From assembly GCA_963845565.1 (NCBI GenBank), contig CAWJSJ010000002.1, forward strand, positions 1,344,001 to 1,408,000: a DNA stretch of 64,000 nt. The letters run 5' to 3'. Under the pieces are notes generated by a model. It was not told the origin of the DNA, did not search any database, and saw nothing but the letters and a program-made list of their open reading frames with translations. Positions 10,254-20,649 of the stretch are shown piece by piece (position 1 is the stretch's first letter; each line of letters begins with the position of its first letter). Position numbers and translations under genes: made by a program. This DNA comes from an uncultured Methylomirabilota bacterium (GTDB lineage Bacteria > Methylomirabilota > Methylomirabilia > Methylomirabilales > 2-02-FULL-66-22).

Positions 10254-10733
10254 ATGCGCGCTGTACTCGATCGAATCGTCGGCGGCTTGCTCGCGCTGAT
10301 CATGGGCGGGATGACGGTCCTGGTCTTCTCGAGCGTCGTGCTCCGGTACGTCCTGAACAGTCCCGTGACCTGGAGTGAAGAGCTGGCCTCGCTGCTCTTT
10401 GCCTGGCTCACTTTCGTGGGCGCGTACGTCGGTTTTCGGACGCACTCGCACATCCGGATCGACACCCTGACGATGTTTCTGCCGGCTGGGGTGCGGTCGG
10501 GGATTCGGCGAGCCGGTGACGCGGGCGTCCTGCTGGTCTTGGGCGTCTTCATCTGGCAGGGCTTCAGTCTGGTGACGACCACCTGGAGCTTGGAATTCCC
10601 GGCGATGGAGATCTCCCGCGGGTATCTGTATCTGTCGCTGCCCATCGGGGCGTGCCTCATGCTCGTGGCCATCCTGTTGTCATCGCGTGGCGATGTCGGT
10701 GGAGGCGAAAATGCGGAGGGGCCCGGATGCTGA
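10254..10733 (+). CDS. dctQ: TRAP small permease
   Basis: RYVLN..WSEEL, HIRID; 4 TM. Confidence 0.92.
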   Translation: MRAVLDRIVGGLLALIMGGMTVLVFSSVVLRYVLNSPVTWSEELASLLFAWLTFVGAYVGFRTHSHIRIDTLTMFLPAGVRSGIRRAGDAGVLLVLGVFIWQGFSLVTTTWSLEFPAMEISRGYLYLSLPIGACLMLVAILLSSRGDVGGGENAEGPGC

Positions 10734-12004
10734 TCCTGGTGGGCGTCCTCCTCCTACTCCTTGCACTGGAGTTTCCCGTCGCCTTTGCCATGACCGGCGC
10801 CTCCGCCGTCTACATCCTCGCCAAGGGCGGCATCCCGCTGGTGGTGATGGCCCAGCGGGTCACGGTCGGGGTGGACTCGTTCGTGTTGCTGGCCATCCCT
10901 TTCTTCTTTCTGGCCGGCGAGCTCATGAACCGCGGCGGCATCACGCAGCGATTGATTGACCTGGCGCAAGCGCTGGTTGGTGGGATCCGCGGCGGGCTCG
11001 GCCATGTGACCGTCGTGACCAACATGATCATGGCCGGGATGTCGGGATCGGCGGTGGCGGACGCGACGGGGACCGGCACCCTCCTCATTCCCGCCATGGA
11101 GCGCGCCGGCTACCCAAAGACCTTCTCCGCCGCGCTGGTGGGGGCCGCCTCGACCATCGGGCCGGTGATCCCGCCGAGCATTCCCTTCGTCATCTACGGG
11201 GGAATCACCGGCGTGTCGGTTGGGCGCCTGTTTCTCGGCGGGGTGGTCCCGGGCGTGCTGATGGGCGTATTCCTGATGGGCGCCGTCTACTGGGTGGCCA
11301 AGCGCCGGGGGTACCGCGCCGAGGGCTGGCCGCGCCTGTCGGATGCTCTGACGAGCATCTGGCGGGCCATTCCGGTCATGCTGTTCCCCTTCATCATTCT
11401 GGGGGGCATCTTCAGCGGGGTGGTCACACCCACCGAGGCGGCCGTGGTGGCGGTCGTCTATGCCGTGTTTCTGGCGACGCTGTTCTACCGGGAGTTGACG
11501 CCGGGCGACCTGGTCCAGGTGCTCACCTCCGTCGCGGGCAATACGGCCAAGATCACGTTTATCATCGCCAGCGCCGGCCTTTACGGCTGGCTCCTGGCCC
11601 GCGAAGGGGCACCGCAGCGGCTGGCGGACCTGTTCCTGAGCGTGTCGCGAGAGCCCTGGGCCATTCTCCTCATGGTGAACGTCCTGCTTCTGATCCTCGG
11701 CTGCCTGATGGAGACGACCGCGCTTCTCGTGATTTTGACACCGGTCCTCATGGACCTCATCACCAAGGTCGGCATCGACCCGGTGCACTTCGGGGTGGTG
11801 CTGACGCTCAACCTCATGATCGGCCTGCTCACGCCGCCGGTCGGGATGACGCTCTACGTCATGGTCAGTCTGGCCAATGTGTCGGTGACCGAGTTCACCC
11901 GGGAATGCGCCATCTTCATGCTCGCGCTGGTGGTGGTGCTCGGCCTTATCACCTACGTGCCGGGGCTCGTGACCTTCCTGCCGCAACTGATCATGGGAAA
12001 GTGA
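10727..12004 (+). CDS. dctM: TRAP large permease
   Basis: SGSAVAD, IPPSIP, TPTEAA, LLTPPVG. Confidence 0.95.
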   Translation: MLILVGVLLLLLALEFPVAFAMTGASAVYILAKGGIPLVVMAQRVTVGVDSFVLLAIPFFFLAGELMNRGGITQRLIDLAQALVGGIRGGLGHVTVVTNMIMAGMSGSAVADATGTGTLLIPAMERAGYPKTFSAALVGAASTIGPVIPPSIPFVIYGGITGVSVGRLFLGGVVPGVLMGVFLMGAVYWVAKRRGYRAEGWPRLSDALTSIWRAIPVMLFPFIILGGIFSGVVTPTEAAVVAVVYAVFLATLFYRELTPGDLVQVLTSVAGNTAKITFIIASAGLYGWLLAREGAPQRLADLFLSVSREPWAILLMVNVLLLILGCLMETTALLVILTPVLMDLITKVGIDPVHFGVVLTLNLMIGLLTPPVGMTLYVMVSLANVSVTEFTRECAIFMLALVVVLGLITYVPGLVTFLPQLIMGK

Positions 12005-12044
12005 CGAGGCGGCGATTCGAATGACGATCAAAGGAGAGACCACC

Positions 12045-12805
12045 ATGACGCTTGCAGGCAAGGTCGCCGTCGTCACCGGCGTGACCAGCCCCCTGGGGAG
12101 GCCATCGCCCTGCGCCTGGCCGCGGAGGGGGCGGCGGTCGCTGTGACCGGCCACACGCCGGCCAAGGTCGAGAAGGTCGCCGGGGCGCTGGAGCGGGTGA
12201 AGGCGAGATTCATGGCCGAGGCCCTCGACCTCACGGTGCCGGAGACGGTCGAGGCGTTCTTCGGGCGGGTCGCCGAGCGGCTCGGCCCGACGGACATCCT
12301 GGTCAACGGCACGGCCTGGCGGATCCGGGCGACATTCCTCGAGACGACCTACGCGGACTGGCGCAACACGTTCGCGGGGTGCGTGGACAGCTACTTCTAC
12401 TGCAGTCTCGCCGCGGCGAGACAGATGGTGCCGCGGAAGTGGGGCCGGATCGTCAATATCGGCTCCATCGTGGCCGAGGCGTACAATGTTCCCTTCGCCG
12501 CATACACGGCTGCAAAAGGAGCGGTCCATTCTCTGACCAAGGCGATGGCCTGCGATCTCGCCCCGCATGGAATTACCGTCAATGTGATGGCGCCGGGCGT
12601 GATAGACTCTCCCTACACGCGAACCAATGTCTCGCCCCAGGCGATAGCCAAGCGGCTGGAGCGGATCCCGATGGGACGACTGGGCACGCCCGAGGATTGC
12701 GCGGCGGCGGTGGCGAAGCTGGTCGCGCCGGACATGGACTACATCACGGGACAGTTCCTGTACGTGGACGGCGGTTTCCTGAGTGCAGGCGTCATCGTGC
12801 GATGA
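12045..12805 (+). CDS. Short-chain dehydrogenase/reductase (frameshift ~12095)
   Basis: AGGAG + MTLAGKVAVVTG; YTAAK; VDGG. Confidence 0.88.
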
Positions 12806-12844
12806 GCCCGGGCCGAGATGCATGAACCACGAAAGGGCGGACTG

Positions 12845-12985
12845 AAACCACAGATTCCACAGATTGCACAGATTTCACGGGGGAGGAGCCGATAGCCACA
12901 ATAGGCACAAAACGCACAAGGGGTGTTGAGGGTTCGAGCCGTCCGTCCTTGAAGGCCCGGTGAAATTCTGTGCCTCTTGTGGCCA
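12845..12985. repeat. 9-mer-period intergenic repeats
   Basis: ccacagattccacagattgcacagatt; gccacaataggcacaaaa...tctgtgcctcttgtggc; similar gccacaagaggcacag near 18937. Confidence 0.7.
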
Positions 12986-13067
12986 ATCGTGCCTTTGGCG
13001 GCCCCCGGTGGCGGTTTGGCGGTTAGCAACAAATGTCGGTTTGGGACGGCTGGGAAAGGGGTTGCTG

Positions 13068-13928
13068 ATGGAAACACGAATGTTCGGGAGGACCGGGGAG
13101 CGATTCTCCATTCTCAGTTTCGGCGCGCAGCGGATCGTGGATGCCCACCAGTGCTCCGAGGGGGAGGCCATCCGCATGGTCAACTACGCCCTGGACCATG
13201 GGATCCGCTACTTCGACACCGCCCGGGTGTACTCCGATGGACAGTCGGAGGAGCGCGTGGGTAAGGTGGCCAAGCATCGGCGGCAGGAGATGTGGATCGC
13301 CACCAAGACCAGGGGCCGCACCCGCGCGGAGGCGATGGCCCATCTCGAAGAGAGTCTCGTAGCGCTCCAAACGGATCACGTCGACGAATGGCGGATGCAC
13401 AATATCTGGAACATGGAGGAACTGGACAAGCTGACCGCGCCCGGCGGGGCCCTGGAGGCGGCCGTCCTGGCGCGGGAGCAGGGGAAGATCCGTTACATCA
13501 GCATGAGCGGACACCGGAATCCGCAGGTGCAGGTGGAGGCCCTGAACCGCTTTCCCTTCGACAGCATGCTGGTGGCGCTCTCCGCGCTGGATCATTTCAT
13601 CCTGAGCTTCGCCGAGGAGTTCCTGCCGGTCGCAAATGCGCAGGGGATAGCTGTGATCGGCATGAAGGTCATGGCGCTGGCGAAGCTCGGGCCTTACTAC
13701 GAGCGGGCGCTGCGGTACACCCTGGGGCTGCCCATCAGCACGACCATCGTCGGCATGGAGTCGATGGATCAACTGAAGAGAAATCTGGCCGTGGCCGAGG
13801 ATTTTACCCCGCTCGGCGACGTGGAGAAGCTGGAGTTTTTCAAGGAGATCGTCCATCTGGCGACCCCCGAAGTCATGCGATGGAAGACGACGGACTACTT
13901 CAATCCGGTCGAATGGGAAAAGCGTTAA
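13068..13928 (+). CDS. Aldo/keto reductase
   Basis: FGRTG, GIRYFDTARVY, IATK, IGMK. Confidence 0.92.
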   Translation: METRMFGRTGERFSILSFGAQRIVDAHQCSEGEAIRMVNYALDHGIRYFDTARVYSDGQSEERVGKVAKHRRQEMWIATKTRGRTRAEAMAHLEESLVALQTDHVDEWRMHNIWNMEELDKLTAPGGALEAAVLAREQGKIRYISMSGHRNPQVQVEALNRFPFDSMLVALSALDHFILSFAEEFLPVANAQGIAVIGMKVMALAKLGPYYERALRYTLGLPISTTIVGMESMDQLKRNLAVAEDFTPLGDVEKLEFFKEIVHLATPEVMRWKTTDYFNPVEWEKR

Positions 13929-13968
13929 CCACGACGCCAGGCACCCGCGTGCCGAGGAGCGAGGGCGT

Positions 13969-14857
13969 ATGGGGCAGACGGTGGGGTTTATCGGGTTGGG
14001 CATCATGGGCAGCCGCATGGTCAAGAACGTATCTGAAGGCGGGCCATGTCGTGCGGGCGCAGAACCGGACGGCGGCGAAGGCGGAGGCGCTGAAACCGCT
14101 GGGGGCGACCGTTGCCGCCACGCCGCGCGAGGCGGCGGCCGGCGCTGACGTCGTTGTCACCATGGTGGCGGACCCGCCGGCGCTGGCGGCGGTGCTGGAA
14201 GGGCCGGACGGGGTCTTCGCCGGTTGTCGGCGCGGCACGCTGGTCGTGGACATGAGCACGGTGGATCCCGGGACGAGCCAGGCCATGGCGGCGAAGGCGA
14301 GGGCGCTCGGCCTCCGCTACCTTGAGGCGCCGGTCACGGGCGGCGTGGGTGCGGCCGAGCAGGGAACCCTCACCATCATGGTCGGAGGGAGCGCCGAGGA
14401 CTTCGCAGCGGCGAAGTCGCTCCTGGAAAGCATGGGAAAGAAGGTGCTCCACGTGGGGCCGATGGGGCGCGGGTCCGCATTGAAGCTTGCAACCAATCTG
14501 GTTGCGGCGAGTATCGCCACGGCGATGGCCGAAGGGCTGGTGCTTGCGACGAAAGCCGGCGTCGATCCCACCATGGCGGCTGAAGTGCTCGCCGAGCGGT
14601 CGCCCCTCATTGCGCGATGGGGCCCTCGGGTTCTTGCGGGAGAGTTTTCCGCGGCTTTTCCATTGAAGCACGCCGCCAAGGACGTCCATTTGGCACTTAC
14701 TACGGGGCGGCAGGTCGGAGTTCCGCTGTTCGCCGCCGCCGCGGTGGCCCAAGTCCAGGCGGCGGCGCTGGCCAAGGGATGGGGAGACTCGGACCAGACG
14801 GTGACGATTCAGTTGCTTGAAGAGATCGCCGGCGTCCAGGTACGCAAGCGGGAGTAG
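13969..14857 (+). CDS. 3-hydroxyisobutyrate dehydrogenase-family oxidoreductase (frameshift ~14030)
   Basis: VGFIGLGIMG, DMSTV, EAPVTGG, KLATN. Confidence 0.9.
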
Positions 14858-15052
14858 GGCGAGAACGGCTTGGGGGCGAATATTGCCGACATCGCCCAGG
14901 GCGTAGGGCACCAGCAGACGAAGGCCCAAGGGGTCCCCTTGCGTTGCCCCGGACAGCACCTTCCCGCTGGCGCTCCGAAACGAGCACGAATGATTGGTCC
15001 TGATGTGCCTAACAACAACTCGTTTCACGGACAGGCAATGGGAGGGGTCGTG

Positions 15053-16055
15053 ATGAAATCCACACTGCGATTGTTGCTGGTAGGACTCGTGCTCGGGATG
15101 CTGCAGGTCGGCGCCGCAGGCGCCGAAACCACGGAACTCCGCGTCGCCAAGCAGTATGGCCTCGGGTACCTCCAGATGATGGTGATGGAGGAGATGAAAC
15201 TGGTGGAGAAGCACACCAAGGCGGCCGGTCTTGGCGACGTCAAGGTGAACTGGTCCACCTTCCGGTCCAGCGATGTCATGAACGACGCGCTGCTCTCCGG
15301 GAATCTGGACTTCGCCTCCCTGGGTACGAACGGCCTGGCGATCATCTGGGCCAAGACCAAGGGGACCCCGGTCGAGGTGAAGGGCGCGGCGGGCTTCAAC
15401 TTCCTGCCCTTGGCTCTGGTCACCCGCGAAGCCAACGTCAAGACGGTCGCGGACTACACGGAGAAACACAAGATCGCCGTCCCGGCCGTTCGAGTCTCGA
15501 ACCAGGCCATCCTGCTCCAGATGGCGGCGGCCAAGCAGTTCGGCCAGGCCAACTACACCAAGCTGGACTCCCTCACCGTCTCCATGACCCATCCGGATGC
15601 CATGGCGGCGCTGCTCTCCGGCGCGGGCGAGGTCGGCAGCCATTTCGCCTCTTCCCCCTTCCTTCAGAAGGAGCTGGAGAAGCCGGGGATTCGCCAGATC
15701 GTCAGCTCCACCGAGATCCTGGGCGGGAACCTCAACTTCAACATCCTGGCCACCACGACCAAGTTCCACGCCGCCAACCCCAAGGCCTATGCCGCATACC
15801 TTGCTCGCCATGCAGGAGGCGACGGAGATCATCAACAAGGACAAGCGGGCGGCAGCGGAGCTGTACATCCGGATGACCAAGGACAAGAGCTCAACGGACG
15901 ACATCCTGAAAATCATGAACGCCTCGGGCGAGTACAACTTCAACCAGCGGCCCGAGGGGGACATGCGGATGATCCAGTTCATGCACAGCATCGGCTCGAT
16001 CAAGGTGAAGCCCGATTCGTGGAGCGATCTGCTGTTCCCTGCCCCCGGAAAGTGA
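15053..16055 (+). CDS. ABC substrate-binding protein, NitT/TauT family (frameshift ~15800)
   Basis: Signal peptide; QYGLGYLQ, MNDALLSG, MTHPDA. Confidence 0.88.
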
Positions 16056-16062
16056 GCAGGGC

Positions 16063-16872
16063 ATGACCTCGGTTGCCTCACCGGCACCCCTGCTGGATGT
16101 CCGCGGGGTGACGCTGCAGTACAAGACCCGCGAACGCCTGGTCACGGCCACCTACCGGGTGGATTTCCAGGTGCACCGGTCGGATCGTTTCGTGTTGCTC
16201 GGCCCGTCCGGCTGTGGGAAATCCACCCTGCTCAAGGCCGTGGGCGGCTACCTCGCCCCGGTTGAGGGCGAGATGCGCCTCGGTGGGGAGGTCATCCGTC
16301 GGCCCGGGCCGGATCGGATGATGGTCTTCCAGGAGTTCGACCAGCTTCTCCCCTGGAAGACGGTGAGGCAGAACGTTCTGTTCGCCCTCGCGGCCAGCGG
16401 CCTGTTGGCGGGCCGGGCCGCCGAGGAGCGCGCTCGCCATTACATCGAGATGGTCGGACTGAGCAAGTTCGCCGACGCCTATCCCCACACGCTGTCGGGC
16501 GGGATGAAGCAGCGTGTGGCCATCGCCCGCGGGATGGCCATGGAGCCGACCATCCTGTTGATGGATGAACCCTTCGCCGCGCTGGACGCCCTCACTCGCC
16601 GGAAGATGCAGGAAGAACTGCTCCAACTCTGGGATAACACCCGCTTCACGGTGCTTTTCGTCACACACTCGATCCCTGAAGCCGTCACGATTGGGAGTCG
16701 GATCCTGCTGCTCTCGCCCCACCCGGGCCAGGTCAAGGCGGAGCTGAACAGCCTGCCCCCCGGCGACGGCAATCCCGCGTCGCGTAAAGCCCTCGAGGAC
16801 CGGATCCACCGCATGCTCTTTACCGACGAGATCGAGGAAGCACACGTTCCGCCGGCGGGGAGGGAGCCATGA
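16063..16872 (+). CDS. ABC transporter ATP-binding protein
   Basis: GPSGCGKST, LSGGMKQR, MDEPF. Confidence 0.95.
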   Translation: MTSVASPAPLLDVRGVTLQYKTRERLVTATYRVDFQVHRSDRFVLLGPSGCGKSTLLKAVGGYLAPVEGEMRLGGEVIRRPGPDRMMVFQEFDQLLPWKTVRQNVLFALAASGLLAGRAAEERARHYIEMVGLSKFADAYPHTLSGGMKQRVAIARGMAMEPTILLMDEPFAALDALTRRKMQEELLQLWDNTRFTVLFVTHSIPEAVTIGSRILLLSPHPGQVKAELNSLPPGDGNPASRKALEDRIHRMLFTDEIEEAHVPPAGREP

Positions 16873-17744
16873 CGCAGCCCGTTCAGCCCATTCATCGGCC
16901 GGAGCGGACCGGAACGCCGGTCGCCCAGGATGCCTTCGGGGTGGTGGAGCAACCGCTCACTTTCGGGGAGCAGGCCTGGAACAACGGGGGGCTGCGCAAG
17001 ACGCTCCTTCTGATTCTCTTGGCGTTGGCGTGGGAGGGCTACGCCCGGTGGGTCAACAACCCGCTCCTGGTTCCCACCTTCAGCGCAACCCTCCAGGCGT
17101 TCTGGGAGGGAATCGCCAGTGGCGTTCTTCCCGGCCGGACCGCCTACTCAGTCCGGGTCCTCATCATGGGCTACTCCGCCGGGATCGCGCTGGCCACTCT
17201 CCTCACGGCCTGCGCGGTCAGCACGCGGATTGGCACAGACTTGCTGGAGACGCTCAGCTCCATGTTCAACCCATTGCCCGCCATCGCGCTGCTCCCCCTG
17301 GCCCTGCTTTGGTTCGGACTGGGGAATCCCAGCCTGATGTTTGTGATGGTCCATTCGGTGCTCTGGCCGGTCGCCCTCAACACGCACTCGGGGTTCCGGG
17401 CGGTCTCGAACACCCTGCGCATGGTGGGGCAGAACTGCGGCCTGACCGGCGCCCGCTACATCGTGAAGATCCTCATGCCAGCGGCATTCCCGAGCATTCT
17501 CACCGGTCTGAAGATCGGCTGGGCGTTCGCCTGGCGCACGCTGATCGCTGCCGAGCTGGTCTTCGGAGTGAGCTCCGGCCAGGGAGGGTTGGGCTGGTTC
17601 ATCTACGAGAACAAGAACCAGCTCGAAGTGCCGAGCGTCTTCGCGGGGCTCTTCTGCGTGATCCTAATCGGTCTGGCGGTGGAGAACCTGGTGTTCCGCA
17701 ACATCGAGCTGCGCACGGTGCGACGCTGGGGGATGCAGACTTAG
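16869..17744 (+). CDS. ABC transporter permease
   Basis: PLPAIALLP, WRTLIAAEL. Confidence 0.93.
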   Translation: MTQPVQPIHRPERTGTPVAQDAFGVVEQPLTFGEQAWNNGGLRKTLLLILLALAWEGYARWVNNPLLVPTFSATLQAFWEGIASGVLPGRTAYSVRVLIMGYSAGIALATLLTACAVSTRIGTDLLETLSSMFNPLPAIALLPLALLWFGLGNPSLMFVMVHSVLWPVALNTHSGFRAVSNTLRMVGQNCGLTGARYIVKILMPAAFPSILTGLKIGWAFAWRTLIAAELVFGVSSGQGGLGWFIYENKNQLEVPSVFAGLFCVILIGLAVENLVFRNIELRTVRRWGMQT

Positions 17745-17868
17745 CCGGCTGCTGAAAAAGGCCCATCTGCGGCGTTGGCATGCTTGCGCGCTCGCTGCGG
17801 CGTACCTGGAGTACGCCTCACTCGGCGCATCGCCTGCCGCCTTGCATGTGGACCTTTTTGAGCAGCCT
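17745..17868 (+). repeat. Repeat family A, copy 2
   Basis: Starts directly after TAG stop 17742-17744. Confidence 0.9.
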
Positions 17869-17943
17869 TGGCGAAGACGGCCGTTGGGGATTCTTCCGGG
17901 GTGATGCCATCGGTGGTCGGCCGGGGAAAAGAGGGGAGAGCGC

Positions 17944-18756
17944 ATGGATCTGCAACTGAAGGGTCGGGTCGCGTTGGTGACGGGCGGGGCGCGGGGGATC
18001 GGGCGCGGGATCGCGCTCACGCTGGCGGCGGAGGGGGCGACCGTCGCGGTGAACTACCGCGAGCGGTCGGATGCGGCCGAAGACGTCGTCCAGCGGATCC
18101 GGGCCGACGGGGGCGAGGCCGAGAGGTTTCCGGCGAATGTGGGTGAGCACGACGAGGTCGCGCTGATGGTGCAGGCCGTCGTGGCGCACTTCGGGCGGAT
18201 TGATATCCTGGTCAACAACGCCGGCGTGGTGACGCGTCATCCGATTCTGGATGTGCCGCTGGAAGAGTGGGACCGGGTGGTGCGAACGAATCTCTACGGA
18301 TGTTTCCACTGCTCGCGGCTGGCGGGCCGGCACATGGTGGAGCGGGGCGGGGGCGGGAAGATCGTCAACATCTCGTCGATCCACGGGCGGGTGGCCAAGG
18401 CCGGCATGGGCCCCTACTGTGCGACCAAGGCCGCGATCGACATGTTCAGCAAGCAGCTCGCGGTGGAGCTGGCACCGCACCGGATCAATGTGAACGTCGT
18501 GGCCTCGGGGACGATCATCACAGAGATCAACCTGCCCCTCTATCAAAGCACGAAGCCCGAGGACATCGAGAAGCGCACTGCGGTGCTTCACCGAGTGCCG
18601 TGGGGCGAGATCGGTCAGCCCGAGGACATCGGGAAAGCGGTCGCATTCCTAGCCTCCGACGCGGCGCGCTACATCACGGGGGCCGTGTTGTACGTGGACG
18701 GCGGCTACACGGCGGACGGGACGCCGAGGCTTCCCTCGGGCGCACGCGTGCCGTAG
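17944..18756 (+). CDS. Short-chain dehydrogenase/reductase
   Basis: TGGARGIG, NNAG, YCATK. Confidence 0.95.
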   Translation: MDLQLKGRVALVTGGARGIGRGIALTLAAEGATVAVNYRERSDAAEDVVQRIRADGGEAERFPANVGEHDEVALMVQAVVAHFGRIDILVNNAGVVTRHPILDVPLEEWDRVVRTNLYGCFHCSRLAGRHMVERGGGGKIVNISSIHGRVAKAGMGPYCATKAAIDMFSKQLAVELAPHRINVNVVASGTIITEINLPLYQSTKPEDIEKRTAVLHRVPWGEIGQPEDIGKAVAFLASDAARYITGAVLYVDGGYTADGTPRLPSGARVP

Positions 18757-18899
18757 CAGGTTGCTGAAAACGGCCCATCTGCGGCGTTGGCTTACTCGGC
18801 GCTCGTTGCGACGTACCTGGAGTACGCCTCACTCGGCCCGGGTACCCATCCGGAGGATGGGCGACGCCGCCTTGCATATGGACCTTTTTGAGCAACCTG
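18757..18899 (+). repeat. Repeat family A, copy 3 (with inserted mini-hairpin)
   Basis: Directly after TAG stop; extra gggtacccatccggaggatggg. Confidence 0.9.
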
Positions 18900-19097
18900 G
18901 GGGGAAAGGGGATTTTCGGTAGTCGAGGTAGAGCGTGCCACAAGAGGCACAGGGTGAGTGCCGAGTGCCGAAGGGGTGCAAGACGTGAGAGGGACGGCGT
19001 ACGCGTCTTCTGAGGAGCACGGAGGAGGTGAAAAGCGAGAGCGCGACGTTTCGGTCGTTTGACGGCTGTTAACCAATTCGTGAGGAGGGTCGGAGCC

Positions 19098-20096
19098 ATG
19101 CGGAAGATCTTGTTGTGGATCGGTGTTGCGGTGACCATGATCGCCCTCGTGGGCGTGGTCGCGCCCGCGGCACAGGCGGGGACCAAGACGGTCATCAAGA
19201 TTGGGACGGTGGTGGCGCCGGATCACCCGGAGAACGTCGGCGCCCGGAAGATCAAGGAGTTGATCGAGAAGAAGGCCGGGGACCGGGTGGACGTCCAGGT
19301 CTTCACCGACGGCCAGATCGGCGACCAGCGGACGATGGTCGAGAACATGCGGAACGGCGTGCAGGAGATCACCTGGGTCACCGTGGGATTTTTCGGCTCC
19401 TACGAGCCGATCCTGAACGTGATCGAGAGCGGCTACCTGTTCCGAGACAGCCAACACTCCTATAAAGTCTTCGACGGTCCGATGGGGAACGAGGTCCGGG
19501 TCCTGGTCGAAAAGCACGGGGTGAAGCTGCTCGGCTTCTACGAAGCCGGCATGCGGCACATCACCAACAGCGTGCGGCCGATCAAGAACCCGGAGGATCT
19601 CAAGGGGTTGAAGATCCGGACGCCCCAGGCCAAGTACCATCTGAACACGCTGAAGTACATGGGGGCCAACCCCGTGGCGATGTCCTTCGGCGAGCTGTAC
19701 ACCGCCATGCAGCAGAAGGTGGTGGACGGACAGGAGAACCCCTTCTCGAATATCTACAATGCCAAGTTCTACGAGGTGAACAAGTACATGTCCCTGACGG
19801 GCCACCTGCACCTGACCCACATGGTCATGTACAGCGCCAAGCTGTGGGATCGGTTGCCGGCGGATCTCCAGCAGATCGTGCGGGAGTCCGTGATCGAGTC
19901 GCAGGAGGCCCAGCGCAAGGCGGTCCGGGACGACGACGTGCGGCTGTTGAAGGAGATCACGGCCAAGGGGATGCTGGCCAACGACGCCGATCGCGAGGCG
20001 TTCAAGAAGACCGTCATGCCGCTTCGGGAAGAGGCCGTGAAGGAGTTCGGCCCCAAGGCGAAGGAGTGGATCGACCGGATCGAGGCCACCAAGTAG
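19098..20096 (+). CDS. dctP: TRAP transporter substrate-binding protein
   Basis: Signal peptide; LKGLKIRTP, VVDGQENP. Confidence 0.95.
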   Translation: MRKILLWIGVAVTMIALVGVVAPAAQAGTKTVIKIGTVVAPDHPENVGARKIKELIEKKAGDRVDVQVFTDGQIGDQRTMVENMRNGVQEITWVTVGFFGSYEPILNVIESGYLFRDSQHSYKVFDGPMGNEVRVLVEKHGVKLLGFYEAGMRHITNSVRPIKNPEDLKGLKIRTPQAKYHLNTLKYMGANPVAMSFGELYTAMQQKVVDGQENPFSNIYNAKFYEVNKYMSLTGHLHLTHMVMYSAKLWDRLPADLQQIVRESVIESQEAQRKAVRDDDVRLLKEITAKGMLANDADREAFKKTVMPLREEAVKEFGPKAKEWIDRIEATK

Positions 20097-20108
20097 CCAC
20101 TGAACAGA

Positions 20109-20138
20109 TGGGGGTGGGCGCCTGGCCGCCCACCCCCA
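20109..20138 (+). other. Intercistronic GC-rich hairpin after dctP
   Basis: tgggggtgggcg-cctggc-cgcccaccccca; no U tract. Confidence 0.6.
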
Positions 20139-20158
20139 CCTCCACTCGGAGTACAGCA

Positions 20159-20647
20159 ATGTCGAGCCTCATTGCAGGGTTTCAACGGATGGTGGACGGC
20201 GTCATCCGGTGGATGATCATCGGGTTGATGTTCGTCATGACGGTGATCGTCTTCGCCCAGATCTTCTTCCGGTACGTGTTCAACGTGCCGCTCGGCTGGT
20301 CGGAGGAGCTGGCCCGCTTCGCGTTCGTCTGGGTCTCCTTCATGGGGGCCAGCGCGCTGATGCGGGTCAAGGAGCACATCAACGTCACGGTGTTTATCGA
20401 TTTCATGCCGGCGCGTTTGAGGGCGGCGTGCGTGCTGCTGGCGAACCTCTGCGCCCTGATCTGTGTCTACTTCTTCCTGATCGGCGGTGTGGAATTGACG
20501 CGGAATGAGTGGCGGCAGCTCGCCCCGGCCCTGCAGATTCCCATGGGCTGGGTCTATCTCGCGATCCCGATCGCCGCGACCCTGATGGGAGCGTGGGTGC
20601 TCTTGCAGACAATCGAGTCGGCGCAGAGCCTGGTCAGGGGGAAGTAG
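20159..20647 (+). CDS. dctQ: TRAP small permease
   Basis: FRYVFN..WSEELAR, HINV. Confidence 0.93.
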   Translation: MSSLIAGFQRMVDGVIRWMIIGLMFVMTVIVFAQIFFRYVFNVPLGWSEELARFAFVWVSFMGASALMRVKEHINVTVFIDFMPARLRAACVLLANLCALICVYFFLIGGVELTRNEWRQLAPALQIPMGWVYLAIPIAATLMGAWVLLQTIESAQSLVRGK

Positions 20648-20649
20648 CC

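Noticed and set aside
18674..19198. Small ORFs sharing RLLKK..MQGG or QMG.FQQPA peptides (also 17818, 24067, 36348)
   Set aside because: Translations of repeat family A, not a protein family.
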